From NCBI GenBank assembly GCA_963803435.1, contig CAWDML010000015.1, positions 45,922-109,921 of the forward strand: a DNA stretch of 64,000 nt. The letters run 5' to 3'. The position numbers were made by a program, and so were the translations under genes. The DNA is from an uncultured delta proteobacterium (GTDB lineage Bacteria > Myxococcota > Kuafuiibacteriia > Kuafuiibacteriales > Kuafuiibacteriaceae). The notes under the pieces are model-generated. The model saw nothing but the letters and a program-made list of their open reading frames with translations. It had not been told where the DNA came from and did not search any database. Of this stretch, positions 28,739-41,951 are shown one piece after another. Position 1 is the stretch's first letter. Every line of letters begins with the position of its first letter.

Positions 28739-31576
28739 TCAAGCGGCCAGGAACGCCAGACGCCGGGCCACCTGGAGATCGCCTTCGACGCGGAGCTTGC
28801 CCCGCTGGAAGAGGTCGCCGGCTTGCGCGCCGCCGGCGAGCGCAAGCAGCGTCTCCTCGCTGAGTGTGAGCACCGCGTCCGCCTGACCGCCGCCGCGCTC
28901 GATCGTCCCGCTCTTCAGATCGACCAGCCACTCGGAGCTCGGCTCGGTCACCTTGAAGTGGATCCGTCCCGGACGTCCCGGCTCGAGCGACCTCGCCAGA
29001 CTCTCGAAGAAGGCCGGCGCGCGGGAGGCAGGAGGTGCCGGCGCCTTGGCCTGTTGGACGTCCTTGAGGAAGCTCAGCTTCTGCGACGCCATCACGTTGC
29101 CGGTGATCTTCAGCTTGCCCTCGAGGAACATCTTCTGCGGGTCGGCCTGTCCCTTGCTCATCGCCAGGAAGTCCGCGTCGCTGAGCGCGAGCGTGCACTC
29201 GGGTGGCTGCGTCTCGCCGGCGCCGACGGCGCCACGCTTGAGGTCGATCGTCCAGACGCTCTCCGGATCGGAGAGCTTGAACTGGAAGACCGTGGCAACC
29301 TTGGCGACCAGCTCCGGATGCTGAGCCACGTAGTCGCCGATCGCCCGGAACACCACCGACGTCCCTCGAGCGTCCGGCGCCGGTGACGGCGTCGCTGGAG
29401 ACATCTTCACCTTCTGCAGGAACGACAGCTTCTGCGACGCCATGATGTTTCCCGAGATCTTGAGCTTGCCGTTCATGAACAGCTTCTGCGGGTCGAGCTC
29501 GCCCCTGACCATGCCCATGAAGTCGGCGTCCGAGAGCTCGAGCGTGCAATCCGGCTTGCCCGCCTTCCCCTCCACGACCGAGCCGGAGCCGTTCTTGAGA
29601 TCGAGCGTCCAGACGCTGTCCGGTGTCGTGAGCCCGAACTGGAAGACCGTACCGACCTTACCCACGAGCTCCCCGTGCGCCTTCACATGGTCAGCGATCG
29701 CGGCGAAGACCGCCTTCGATCCCGCCGCCGCCGGAGCGCCCGGCTTCGCCTCGACGACCGCGGCCTTCGGCTTCGGCTTCGGGATCTCCGCGTACAGCTC
29801 CACCGCCGCGTTCTTGATCACCACCTCACCGCGCTCCTTCACCTTGCACTGGAGCACGATCTTGCCGTCGCTCTCCTTCCACATCTCCGTAACCAGCGTC
29901 TCGCCGGGGTACACGCTCGCCGCCATGCGCACCTTGATGCTCTTGAAGTAGCGGGTGTCGCCGTCAGCGAAGCTCTTGATTGCGTGTCGTCCGGCGTATC
30001 CGAACGTACAGAGGCCGTGGAGGATCGGCTTCTCGAATCCGACCGCCTTGGCGAACATCGGATCGGCGTGGAGCGGGTTCACGTCGCCGGTGAGCCGGTA
30101 CAGCAGCGCCTGGTTGGGGCTGATCCGCTCCTCGACCACGGCGTCCGGCTTCCGCGCCGGCGGCACGTTCTCCTCGACCGACGGCCCGCGCTCCCCGCCC
30201 CAGCCGCCGCAGCCGCGGGCGACGATGATCAGATCATTGACGATCAGGAGCTCCCCGTTCTCGTCGTAGCTCTTGGTCTCGATGTCGACGACCGCGTTCT
30301 TGCCCTTGTCGTAGATCTGCTTCACCTGCGACCGCTGAGTGAGCTGCGCCTTCGGGGGGAGCGGCCGCTTGAGCTCGGTGTACTGCTCGCCGTGGAGGAT
30401 CCGGTCGAAGCCGAAGCTCAACCCGGGTGCCAGCTTCCCCTCCCTGGCCAGGGCGATGAAGCTGTTGACCGCGGGGATGACGCCGAAGGTGGGCAGCGGG
30501 GAGAAGCCGTCGGAGTGGAGCTCGTAGACGTAGCGGAGCTCGTCGCTGTAGGGATCCGAGGCCGCGCCCACGCCGAGGGCGTACAGCGCCAGGTCCTTCT
30601 CATCGTAGCTCCAGCGCGTGTCCTCGAACTGGTAGCCGAGGGCCGCGTCGACGTCGATGTACTGATTGCCGCCCTTGCTGGGCTCGCGGCGCACGTTGTC
30701 CAGCACCGGCCCCATCGCGTTCATGGCGTCGGTCGGATGCGTGGTCTCGTCGAAGCTCGTGATCGTATCCCAGTCGTGCTGCACGTCCTCGACGGTGATC
30801 GAGCGACCGCGCCGGTAGGTCTTGCCGGCGGTGCGCTCCCAGCGCAGCTTGGCGAAGAAGCCGCCGCCGACCTCGTAGAGACCGCCGCTGTCCTGACAGT
30901 CCTCGTGGCAGAGCCAGGCCACCAGCGGGCTGACGTACTCCGGCTTCAGCTCGTCGATCAGCTCCTCCGGGAGCACGGTCTCGGTGAGGCGCGACCCCGC
31001 GATCGGCGCGATCGTGTTGACGTTGACGTTCTTGCCACGACCCTCGAGCGCGAGCGTGTTCGCGAAGCCGGTCAAGCCGAGCTTCGCCATGCTGTAGTTC
31101 GCCTGCCCGAAGTTGCCGTAGATGCCGGCGGCCGAGGCGGTCATGATGATCCGCCCGTACTGTTGCTCGCGGAGATGGGGCCAGGCGGCGTGGGTGACGC
31201 GGAAGCTGCCGTTCACGTGAACGCGATAGACCAGCTCCCAGTCTTCCCTCGTCATCTTCGCGAAGCTCTTGTCGCGCAGGATGCCCGCGTTGTTGACGAC
31301 GACATCGATGCGCTTGAAGCAGTCGAGCGCGCACTGGACGATCTTGTCGCCGTCCTCCACCGAGTCGTAGCTGGCGACCGCCTCCCCGCCGGCGGCGCGG
31401 ATCTCCTCGACAACCTTGTCGGCCGCCGAGCTGCTCCGGCCCTCGCCGAAGGCCGATCCGCCGAGGTCGTTCACTACGACCTTGGCCCCACGGGCTCCCA
31501 ATAGCAGGGCGTGCGATCTCCCCAGACCGCCCCCGGCACCGGTGATCACGGCAACTTTTCCGTCGAAACGCAGCAT
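28739..31576 (-). CDS. MFE-2/HSD17B4-like multifunctional enzyme: SDR + MaoC-type hydratase 2 + three SCP2 domains
   Basis: ATG at 31576; TGAGGGLG, NNAGILRD, YSMAK; YRLTGDVNPLHADP..ILHGLC; three SCP2 repeats ending GKLKISGN / GKLKITGN / GKLRVEGD. Confidence 0.93.
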   Translation of the reverse strand: MLRFDGKVAVITGAGGGLGRSHALLLGARGAKVVVNDLGGSAFGEGRSSSAADKVVEEIRAAGGEAVASYDSVEDGDKIVQCALDCFKRIDVVVNNAGILRDKSFAKMTREDWELVYRVHVNGSFRVTHAAWPHLREQQYGRIIMTASAAGIYGNFGQANYSMAKLGLTGFANTLALEGRGKNVNVNTIAPIAGSRLTETVLPEELIDELKPEYVSPLVAWLCHEDCQDSGGLYEVGGGFFAKLRWERTAGKTYRRGRSITVEDVQHDWDTITSFDETTHPTDAMNAMGPVLDNVRREPSKGGNQYIDVDAALGYQFEDTRWSYDEKDLALYALGVGAASDPYSDELRYVYELHSDGFSPLPTFGVIPAVNSFIALAREGKLAPGLSFGFDRILHGEQYTELKRPLPPKAQLTQRSQVKQIYDKGKNAVVDIETKSYDENGELLIVNDLIIVARGCGGWGGERGPSVEENVPPARKPDAVVEERISPNQALLYRLTGDVNPLHADPMFAKAVGFEKPILHGLCTFGYAGRHAIKSFADGDTRYFKSIKVRMAASVYPGETLVTEMWKESDGKIVLQCKVKERGEVVIKNAAVELYAEIPKPKPKAAVVEAKPGAPAAAGSKAVFAAIADHVKAHGELVGKVGTVFQFGLTTPDSVWTLDLKNGSGSVVEGKAGKPDCTLELSDADFMGMVRGELDPQKLFMNGKLKISGNIMASQKLSFLQKVKMSPATPSPAPDARGTSVVFRAIGDYVAQHPELVAKVATVFQFKLSDPESVWTIDLKRGAVGAGETQPPECTLALSDADFLAMSKGQADPQKMFLEGKLKITGNVMASQKLSFLKDVQQAKAPAPPASRAPAFFESLARSLEPGRPGRIHFKVTEPSSEWLVDLKSGTIERGGGQADAVLTLSEETLLALAGGAQAGDLFQRGKLRVEGDLQVARRLAFLAA

Positions 31577-31639
31577 CTCGAGCCGGCAGTTAGCACGAGG
31601 GCTGGGCGAGGCACCACCGGTCGGGATACTGTGCTTGCC

Positions 31640-32764
<1,125 letters not shown>

Positions 32765-34288
32765 ATGGCCAACCTCTACACCATCACCAGCGATGGCTAC
32801 GACCGGGACCTCTTCGAGCAGATCCTCGGCGAAGATCCCGCGCTCCAGAAGACCGCCGAACGCGTGCGCCGCCTCCTCCCGCACGCCGACCCGCTCCTGT
32901 GTGATCTCTTCGCCGCCCTCTTCAAGCTCAACGTCGAGCTCTTGCCTCCGGAGCGTGTCTCGGCCGGCGTGCTGATCAACCGGCGCCTGATGGAGGCGGT
33001 GACCAAGAGCGACCAGCTCGCGATCCTGCGGCAGCGCACGCAGCTCGACGAGATCCAGACCGCCGCGGCCACCGTGGTGCTCGCCGAGGCGCTCATGAAG
33101 TCGCTGGTCCGCGATCGCCGGGTCGTGGCCGAGGATCTGGTCGGCGCGATCGACGTGGCCCTCGACGAGGAGACGCTGGAGGAGCGCAAGGAGGCGCTCG
33201 ACCACCTGACCGACCTCCCCGACGACGCCTTCGGCGAGGAGCCGACATCCAAATTGAAGAAGGCGCTGGAGAAGGAGATCGCCACGCTGTCGAAGCGGAT
33301 CGCGGAGAGCCGCGGCGCTCAGGAGAAGACCGTGGCCTCTCTCCCGCTCGACATCGACGTGGAGATCGACCGGCGGATGGCGCGCCTGCCCCAGGAGCTC
33401 GAGGACGCGGACTCGCAGCTGAACAGCATGGGCCTGGGGCAGGGCAGCCAGGGCAGGGTGGGGGCCCGCCAGCGGCTCGAGCTCGGCGAGAAGCTGATGA
33501 ACAGCAAGAAGCTCCAGCTGCTGGCCAAGCTGGTGGGTGCGTTTCGCGAGGTCGCGTTCGAGGCCCGCCGCAAGCGGATCGCACGCTCGCCGCAGGAGCT
33601 CCACTCGATCGGTACCGGCAACGATCTGGCGCACCTCTTGCCCTCCGAGCTGCTCGGGCTCTCGACGGAGCGGAAGCTGCTCCACAGCGACTTTCTCCGC
33701 CGGTACATCGAGCGGCAGCTCCTCCAGTACGACCTCCACGGAGCGTCCCAGCGCGGTCCGATGGTCGTCTGCGTCGACGGCTCGGGCTCGATGCACGGCT
33801 CCAAGGAGCTCTGGGCCAAGGCGGTGGCGCTGACGCTGATGGAGATCGCGCGCCGTGAGCGCCGCGGCTGCCTCGCGATCGTGTTCTCCGCGGGGCATCA
33901 GCTCTTCGAGGTCGAGCTCCTGGGAAAGGCGCCTGGGCGCGGCGGCCGCTCCCCGGTGCGCTCGGAGGAGGTCATCCGCTTCGCCGAGCACTTCCCCGGC
34001 GGCGGGACATCGTTCGAGGAGCCGCTGACGCGGGCCGTCGACGCGGTGGCGCAGGAGTCCTACCGGCGCGGCGACATCGTTTTCATCACCGACGGCGAGG
34101 CCCACGTCTCGGACGAGTTCCTGAAGACGCTGGCAAAGAAGAAGAAGAAGCACCGATTCTGCATCCGCGGGATCGTCGTCGACGTCGCCCACAGCCGCAC
34201 CGAGACGCTCGAGCGGTTCTGCGACGACGTGCGCTCGGTGACCGACCTGACCGCGGACTCGATGAAGGATCTCTTCGCCGTCGTCTGA
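32765..34288 (+). CDS. ViaA-like VWA-domain protein
   Basis: GNDLAHLLPSEL, MIDAS DGSGSM, GGGTSF and FITDGE; abuts the ATPase gene. Confidence 0.9.
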   Translation: MANLYTITSDGYDRDLFEQILGEDPALQKTAERVRRLLPHADPLLCDLFAALFKLNVELLPPERVSAGVLINRRLMEAVTKSDQLAILRQRTQLDEIQTAAATVVLAEALMKSLVRDRRVVAEDLVGAIDVALDEETLEERKEALDHLTDLPDDAFGEEPTSKLKKALEKEIATLSKRIAESRGAQEKTVASLPLDIDVEIDRRMARLPQELEDADSQLNSMGLGQGSQGRVGARQRLELGEKLMNSKKLQLLAKLVGAFREVAFEARRKRIARSPQELHSIGTGNDLAHLLPSELLGLSTERKLLHSDFLRRYIERQLLQYDLHGASQRGPMVVCVDGSGSMHGSKELWAKAVALTLMEIARRERRGCLAIVFSAGHQLFEVELLGKAPGRGGRSPVRSEEVIRFAEHFPGGGTSFEEPLTRAVDAVAQESYRRGDIVFITDGEAHVSDEFLKTLAKKKKKHRFCIRGIVVDVAHSRTETLERFCDDVRSVTDLTADSMKDLFAVV

Positions 34289-34345
34289 GGATTTGAGGGC
34301 CGTCACGAAGTTCTCGGGTCTGTCGACCCGTGCTACATCGGGTGT

Positions 34346-34924
34346 GTGCTCGGCGTGCTACCCGTCGCCCTCGCCGCCCTGTTCGCCGGGCAGACGCCCG
34401 ACGACCTGGTGCTGTGTACCGGCGCCAGCGACTGTCCGCCCGACGCTGCCTGCGAGGACGGCGTGTGCGTGATGAGGGAGGCCGAGCCGCCGCCGGGGGT
34501 GCCGCGGAAGAAGCGCGTGCGGCGGAAGCGGGAGCGGCGCCGGCGGGAGCGCGATCCGAACCACTGCCGGCGCGGAGACTGCGAGAAGGGCCAGGAGTGC
34601 TTCCGCGGCAGCTGCGGCCCGCCGGTACCCAGCGCCGGTACCGGGCTCCTCGTCGCCGGCGGTATCACCAGCGGGGTCAGCCTCCTCTTCTTCGGCGGCG
34701 CCGCCATATGTCAGGTCGGGGAGGGCGCGCAGCGGGATCAGAACGTCTGCACCTCGATCGAGGCCACCATCGGTGCGATCGCGATCGCCGTCGGCGTCCC
34801 CATGCTCGTGCTCGGGATCCTGCGTCGGATGAAGTTCACCGAGTGGATGAAGGAGTACCACCCGCAGCTCGCGGTGGTGCCGACGGCTTCGGGAGCCACC
34901 GCCTCGCTCGGCATCGCGTTCTGA
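34346..34924 (+). CDS. Cys-rich secreted/membrane hypothetical protein
   Basis: Signal-like N-terminus, two 4-Cys modules separated by an Arg/Lys run, two hydrophobic helices and a terminal Phe. Confidence 0.7.
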   Translation: MLGVLPVALAALFAGQTPDDLVLCTGASDCPPDAACEDGVCVMREAEPPPGVPRKKRVRRKRERRRRERDPNHCRRGDCEKGQECFRGSCGPPVPSAGTGLLVAGGITSGVSLLFFGGAAICQVGEGAQRDQNVCTSIEATIGAIAIAVGVPMLVLGILRRMKFTEWMKEYHPQLAVVPTASGATASLGIAF

Positions 34925-34926
34925 CG

Positions 34927-35721
34927 CTACATTTCGTGCCCGACGTCTCCGGTGAGGAGCGCGGTGTCGACCGACACCAGGTGGTCGAGATCCATCTTGG
35001 CGCGGGCAGCCTCGGAGAAGCGGGACGCGCCCTGCTCCTCGGTGGCGCCGAGCGACGGGTTGTGGTTCTCGAGGCCGTGAAAGCGCATCTCGGCCTCCTC
35101 GCAGCCGGCCGGGACCGACATCACGTTGTAGAAGTTGATCCCTCCGCCGACGTCGGTGTCGTGCCCGAGCTGAAGCACGTGCCCGAGCTCGTGGATCATC
35201 GTGCCCGCGATGGCCTGCTCTTCGGTGATCGGCGGCGCGCCAGGACGCCCGCACGCCGGGTGGAGCTCCTCGAGGACGTCGCGGTAGATCAGCACTCCGC
35301 TCCTGTCGATCGCGTCGTCCTCTGAGGTGACGAGCTCGCCGCCGCGCCCGGAGATGTCGGTCCGCCGGGTGACGATCATGACGTGCACCGATCGCAGGTC
35401 CCCGCGGTGCTCGGACAAGAGCTGCTGGCGCTGCTCGAAGGAGCCGTCGAAGTCGAATGGCGGGATCGCGTCCTCGTCGCGGTGGAAGACCAGGTCGATC
35501 GCCACGTCGAGATACGCCGCATGGACGGCGTCGAGGATCGCGTCGGAGGGCGCCCGCTCCTCCATCGCATCGAGCTCGACCGTCACGGCCGGCAGCTCGG
35601 GAACGACCGGATCCATCGGATCCACCGGATCCACCGGATCCACCGGAGTCTGCTCGAGGTCGCCCCGGATGGTGCCGCCGCCGCAGGCCGTCACGAGCAG
35701 GGCGAGCAGCGCGATCCGCAC
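34927..35721 (-). CDS. Lipoprotein, metzincin-like Zn protease
   Basis: Lipobox LVTAC; HELGHVLQLGH with a downstream NVMS Met-turn; PVD repeats encoded by a 9-bp DNA repeat at ~35607-35647. Confidence 0.75.
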   Translation of the reverse strand: MRIALLALLVTACGGGTIRGDLEQTPVDPVDPVDPMDPVVPELPAVTVELDAMEERAPSDAILDAVHAAYLDVAIDLVFHRDEDAIPPFDFDGSFEQRQQLLSEHRGDLRSVHVMIVTRRTDISGRGGELVTSEDDAIDRSGVLIYRDVLEELHPACGRPGAPPITEEQAIAGTMIHELGHVLQLGHDTDVGGGINFYNVMSVPAGCEEAEMRFHGLENHNPSLGATEEQGASRFSEAARAKMDLDHLVSVDTALLTGDVGHEM

Positions 35722-35835
35722 GCCTTCATGAGAGCACCCCGAGGCGAGGCGCAACAAAGGCGCACCCGCCGCACACGTGAGCCCGTTCACTCCGAAGCTC
35801 GCAAGAAAACCTGCACTTCGGGTGTTGATCCGTCG

Positions 35836-36012
35836 ATGAGCTCCGGTGAGACCACCACGAAGATCGTCCGACCGCCGCGCGCACCGCCTCGGCCGCAGCG
35901 CCGCCGGCCGGATCTGATCCCCGCGCCCAGCACCACGCTCGAGTGGGACGACAATCCCACGCTGACCAGCTTCGAAGATCCGTCGGACATCGCCGACGAT
36001 CTGGAGAGATAG
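35836..36012 (+). CDS. Possible small hypothetical protein
   Basis: 58 aa MSSGETTTKIVRPP...; its stop abuts the asd stop. Confidence 0.35.
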   Translation: MSSGETTTKIVRPPRAPPRPQRRRPDLIPAPSTTLEWDDNPTLTSFEDPSDIADDLER

Positions 36013-37089
36013 CTACAAGAGCCCGCGGATCTTGAGATCCTCGGCCACCAGGATCGCGCCCTTGGCGGCGCCCATCTTGGTGTTGTGCGACACCAGCAGA
36101 AACTTCACACCGTGCGCGCCGAGGATGTGATCCTCCCGCAGTCGCCCGACGCTCGTGGTCATGCCACCGTCGGCGTCCCGGTCGCGGCGCACCTGGGGCC
36201 GATAGGGATCCTCGTACACCGTGACCCAGGCGCGCGGCGCCGATGGGTGCGTGTTCGGGTTGATCTCCTTGCCGAATCCGCGGAGCGCCGCCTTCACCTC
36301 GGCCAGCGTCGCGGGCTTCTTGAACGACACATTCACCACTTCGGTGTGTCCGTCGAGGACCGGCACGCGGGTGCAGGTGGCCGACACCTCGAACGGTGCC
36401 GGTTCGACGACGTCGCCCGCCAGCATCCCCAGGATCTTCTTGGTCTCCTTCTCGACCTTCTCCTCCTCCTTCGAGATGAACGGGATGATGTTGTCGACGA
36501 TGTCGAGCGCGACCACGCCGGGCGAGCGGCCGGCGCCGCTGGCCGCCTGCATCGAGGTCATCACGACCTTCTCGATCCCGAAGTTGGCGTGGAGGGGCGC
36601 CAGCGCGATCGCCATGCCGGTGGTGGTGCAGTTGGGGATCGGAACAACGAACCCGCGCCACCCGCGGTTCTTCCGCTGCGCCGCGATCAGGTCGGCGTGG
36701 TGGCCGTTCACCGCTGGGATCAGGATCGGCACGTCGTGCTCGTAACGGTGCGCGCTGGCCGTGGAGATCACCGGGACCTCCTTCGCCAGCCGCTGCTCCA
36801 GCTCGCGGGCCGCGGCGGACTCGACCGCGCAGAACACCACGTCGATCCCGTCCGTCGACAGCGAGGCTGCGTCCTCCACCGTGAGCCCGGCGAAGACGGC
36901 GGGGATGTCGCCGTCGACCAGCCAGGCGACGTTGCCGCCCTCCTGGGTGAGCGCCTCCTGGTACGTCTTGCCCGCCGATCGCGAGGACGCAGCCAGCTTC
37001 GCGACCTCGATGAACGGGTGTTGCTGGAGCGCGGCGATGAACTGCTGCCCGGCGATGCCGGTGGCACCGAGCACGGCGCATCTGGTCAT
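36013..37089 (-). CDS. asd: Aspartate-semialdehyde dehydrogenase (archaeal/fungal-like clade)
   Basis: VLGATG, PNCTTTG, QAASGAG, DNIIPFISKEEEK, CTRVPVLDGH, RPQVRRDRD and HNTKMGAA motifs. Confidence 0.92.
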   Translation of the reverse strand: MTRCAVLGATGIAGQQFIAALQQHPFIEVAKLAASSRSAGKTYQEALTQEGGNVAWLVDGDIPAVFAGLTVEDAASLSTDGIDVVFCAVESAAARELEQRLAKEVPVISTASAHRYEHDVPILIPAVNGHHADLIAAQRKNRGWRGFVVPIPNCTTTGMAIALAPLHANFGIEKVVMTSMQAASGAGRSPGVVALDIVDNIIPFISKEEEKVEKETKKILGMLAGDVVEPAPFEVSATCTRVPVLDGHTEVVNVSFKKPATLAEVKAALRGFGKEINPNTHPSAPRAWVTVYEDPYRPQVRRDRDADGGMTTSVGRLREDHILGAHGVKFLLVSHNTKMGAAKGAILVAEDLKIRGLL

Positions 37090-37101
37090 GTCGTAGGTCT
37101 C

Positions 37102-38921
<1,820 letters not shown>

Positions 38922-38925
<4 letters not shown>

Positions 38926-39590
38926 TTAGGCTCAGGCGATTCGCCATCCTCCCGATCCGTCTGGTCTTTGCTGGGGCCCAGCGAGACGGTGACCATCGCC
39001 GGGCGCAGGAGCCGCCCGCTGATCAGGAACCCTCGCTGGAGCTCATGTGCGACGGAACCCGGCGGTACGTCCGCATGGGTCTGTTGGACCGCCTCGTGGA
39101 GGGCAGGGTCGAACGACGTGCCCACCGAGTCGAAGGTGGTGACCCCGTGTTTCTCGAGCGACGCCACGAACTTCTTCTGGACCAGCCGCATCCCGTCCAC
39201 CACCTGCACGACCTCGGGCGGCGGATTGGGGCCGATCATCCCGAGCGCGCGATCGAGGTCGTCGAGGACCGGGAGGAGATCCTTGAGCAGCTTCTCGTTG
39301 GCGAACTTTTCGACATCCTCGCGCTCGCGTTGCGCGCGCTTGCGATAGTTCTCGAGATCCGCGGCGGCCCGGAGCCATTTCTCCCGAAAGCTCTCCGCCT
39401 CCTTCTGCGTCTGCTGGAGCGCGGACTCGAGCTCCTTCTTGGCCTCAATCAATGCCTCCGTCACAGCTTCACCGGCCGAACCCTTTCGCTCCCTCGCTTC
39501 CACGGAAGCGACCGCTTCCGCCATGGCCTCCTCCAGCGAAGGATTGTCGGGAGGTTGCTTACCGTTGTCCGCGTCGCCGTCCTCAGACAC
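38922..39590 (-). CDS. grpE: Nucleotide exchange factor GrpE
   Basis: [22 protein letters not shown] and RLLRPAMV motifs. Confidence 0.96.
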
Positions 39591-39637
39591 GCGGTTACGC
39601 TGTCACGGAGCCGTGTCGGATTCAAGCGGCCCGAGGG

Positions 39638-40732
39638 TCAGCTTTCGTCGTCGGAGGGCGGCGCGGGCGGGGTGCTCTCGCCTCCGAGCGACTCCGAGAG
39701 CGCCTCGGCCGTCAGCTCGACCAGTGGGATGACGCGCGAGTAGTCCATCCGTGTCGGTCCGACCACAGCGACGCGACCGCTCGGTCCGTCCTGCGACGCG
39801 TACGATGCGGTCACGAGAGCAAGGTCCTTCAGCTCGCGTACGGGGCTCTCGACGCCGAGGGCGACCTGGGTCTCGGTCTTCGCGGCGGCCTGCGCGTCGA
39901 TGGGGTGGTGCACCGAGAGATCCAGAAGGCGGAGCAGGAGCGTCTTCTCCTCGAAGGCCCGGAGGATCTTGCGCATCTTCTCGATATCGGCGAACTCCGG
40001 GTGATCGAAGAGCGTGCTCTCGCCCTGGACCAGCATGTCGGGCGCCTGCTGGCGCAGGGTCCGCTCCCCCAGGAGCAGCGCGTTCTTCATGATCTGATCC
40101 GCCTGCAAGCGCTCGTCGGCCATCGCCTCCAGGATCTCGGTCCGGACCTCGGTCAGCGTCTTCCCGCCCAGGAGCGATTTCAGGTAGTTCGACATCCGGA
40201 CCAGCTCGTCGCGGTCCACGCCGAAGTCGACGTCGAGAAGGCGGTGATCGATCAGCCCGCTCTTGGCCACGAAGACGGCCAGGACGGTCTTCTCGCGCAC
40301 CGGGATGAACTCGATGTGGTCGAAGATGACCTCGTCGAGGATCGGCATCAACACCAGGGTCGCGTGGCGGGCCACCAGCGAGAGGACCCGCCCGGCCTCG
40401 TGGAGGACCGTGGCCATGTCGCGGTCGGCCCCGGCGGCCGTGGTGATGGCGGCGATGAGCTCCCGTTCCTTGGAGGAGATGCGGCCTCGCTGCGCCAGCC
40501 GCTCGATGTACAGCCGGAAAGCCTTGGCCGTCGGAATCCGGCCGGCCGAGGCGTGCGGCGCCGACACCAGACCCAGCTCCTCGAGGTCCGCCATCACGTT
40601 CCGGACGGTGGCCGGCGATAGATCGATCGACTGGCGCTTCGTCAGCGTCCGCGATCCCACGGGCTCGGCGGTGCGGATGTAATCCTCGATGATGGCGGTG
40701 AGGATCTCCTTCTGGCGTTCGTTCAGCTCCAC
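39638..40732 (-). CDS. hrcA: Heat-inducible transcription repressor HrcA
   Basis: EPVGSRTL, SPATVRNVMADLE, PHASAGRIPT and VVGPTRMDY; likely GTG start at 40732. Confidence 0.95.
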   Translation of the reverse strand: MELNERQKEILTAIIEDYIRTAEPVGSRTLTKRQSIDLSPATVRNVMADLEELGLVSAPHASAGRIPTAKAFRLYIERLAQRGRISSKERELIAAITTAAGADRDMATVLHEAGRVLSLVARHATLVLMPILDEVIFDHIEFIPVREKTVLAVFVAKSGLIDHRLLDVDFGVDRDELVRMSNYLKSLLGGKTLTEVRTEILEAMADERLQADQIMKNALLLGERTLRQQAPDMLVQGESTLFDHPEFADIEKMRKILRAFEEKTLLLRLLDLSVHHPIDAQAAAKTETQVALGVESPVRELKDLALVTASYASQDGPSGRVAVVGPTRMDYSRVIPLVELTAEALSESLGGESTPPAPPSDDES

Positions 40733-40736
40733 GCGT

Positions 40737-41951
40737 TCAATCGCGATCTGAGTTGCACCATCGGGTCGAGTCAAGCGCCCGGCTCGCTGCCAGCAGCTCG
40801 CGGGCGATCGTATCGTTCATGAGGAATCCTCGCGAGGTCGGCACGATCCGCGCCTCGGACCGCTCTACCAGACCGGCGCGGCCGAGACGATCCAGCGCGG
40901 CGTCGACGGGCGCCAGCGCTGCCCGCGGAAGCCCCGCCTCCGCGGCCAGCGCGTCCAGATCGAGCCCCCAGCGGACACGGAGCGCGATCATCAAGCGGTC
41001 CCCGATCACCTGGGCGAGATCGAGGCTCTCCTCCATCCCAGGCCCTTCCCCGGCCAGATACGCCTCGGGGCGGCGTACGTTCTCGCGCCGGATCGCACGG
41101 CGAAGATCGAGCGCGGGCAGGTAGCTGTGGGCGCCCGCCCCCACACCTAGATAGGCGCCCCCCGCCCAGTAGAGGCAGTTGTGGCGGGACTCCTGGCCCG
41201 CCCGGGCGTAGTTCGAGATCTCGTAACGCGCATATCCGGCGGCCGACAGGACCTCACCGACGCGATCGATCATCTCAGCCTGGAGATCGTCCAGCATCGG
41301 CACGAAGAGGCCGCGGGCGGTCTTCTTGCCCAGCACGGTGTCGGGCTCGATCGTGAGCGTGTAGGCGGAGACGTGCCCGGTCTCCAGGGCGAGCGCGCGC
41401 TCGAGCGATCGGCGCACGTCGTTCCAGCTCTGGCCCGGGAGCGCATAGATCAGATCGAGCGAGACGCGGGCGCCCGTCTTCTTCGCGATCCGCACCGCGG
41501 TCTCGGCCCGCGAGGCGTCGTGGATGCGGCCGAGCGAGGTCAGCTCGGTGTCGTCGAAGCTCTGCACGCCGATCGAGAAGCGGTTCACGCCGGCGGCGGC
41601 GAACGCGAACATGCGCGCCTCCGCGACGGTCCCAGGGTTCGCCTCCAGCGTGATCTCGACGTCGGCCGTGAAGCCGAAGCGGGCCTCTGCTGCGCGGATC
41701 ACCCGGCCGACCTGCTCGGGGGCCCAGCGGCTCGGCGTGCCGCCGCCGAAGAAGAGGCTCCTGAGCGGTCCCGAACCGAGCTCACCTCCGCGACGCGCGA
41801 GCTCGTCGAGGATCGCGTCGGCGTAGACTCAATCGTCGTGCTCGACGGCGTGGCTGTTGAAGTCGCAGTACGGACACTTCTTCGCGCAATAGGGGAAGTG
41901 AACGTAGAGGCCTCGATCCCGGGAAGAGACGGGCGGCGTGGGTTCGCTCAA
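40737..41951 (-). CDS. hemW: Radical SAM heme chaperone HemW (frameshift near 41830)
   Basis: TTG at 41951: GLYVHFPYCAKKCPYCDFNS; in the next frame FFGGGTPS, EITLEANP and YEISNY; typical position upstream of hrcA. Confidence 0.9.
40753..40774. promoter_or_regulatory. Possible degenerate CIRCE / sigma70 -35 box upstream of hrcA
   Basis: TTGCACC-N8-GAGTCAA compared with consensus TTAGCACTC-N9-GAGTGCTAA; the minus strand gives TTGACT about 40 nt before the hrcA start. Confidence 0.3.

Noticed and set aside
35607-35647. 9-bp tandem repeat
   Set aside because: It encodes a Pro-Val-Asp linker after a lipobox, which is ordinary.
41820-41840. Programmed frameshift or selenocysteine TGA in hemW
   Set aside because: The downstream coding is in a different frame, so read-through would not help; there is no slippery site, and an indel is the simpler explanation.
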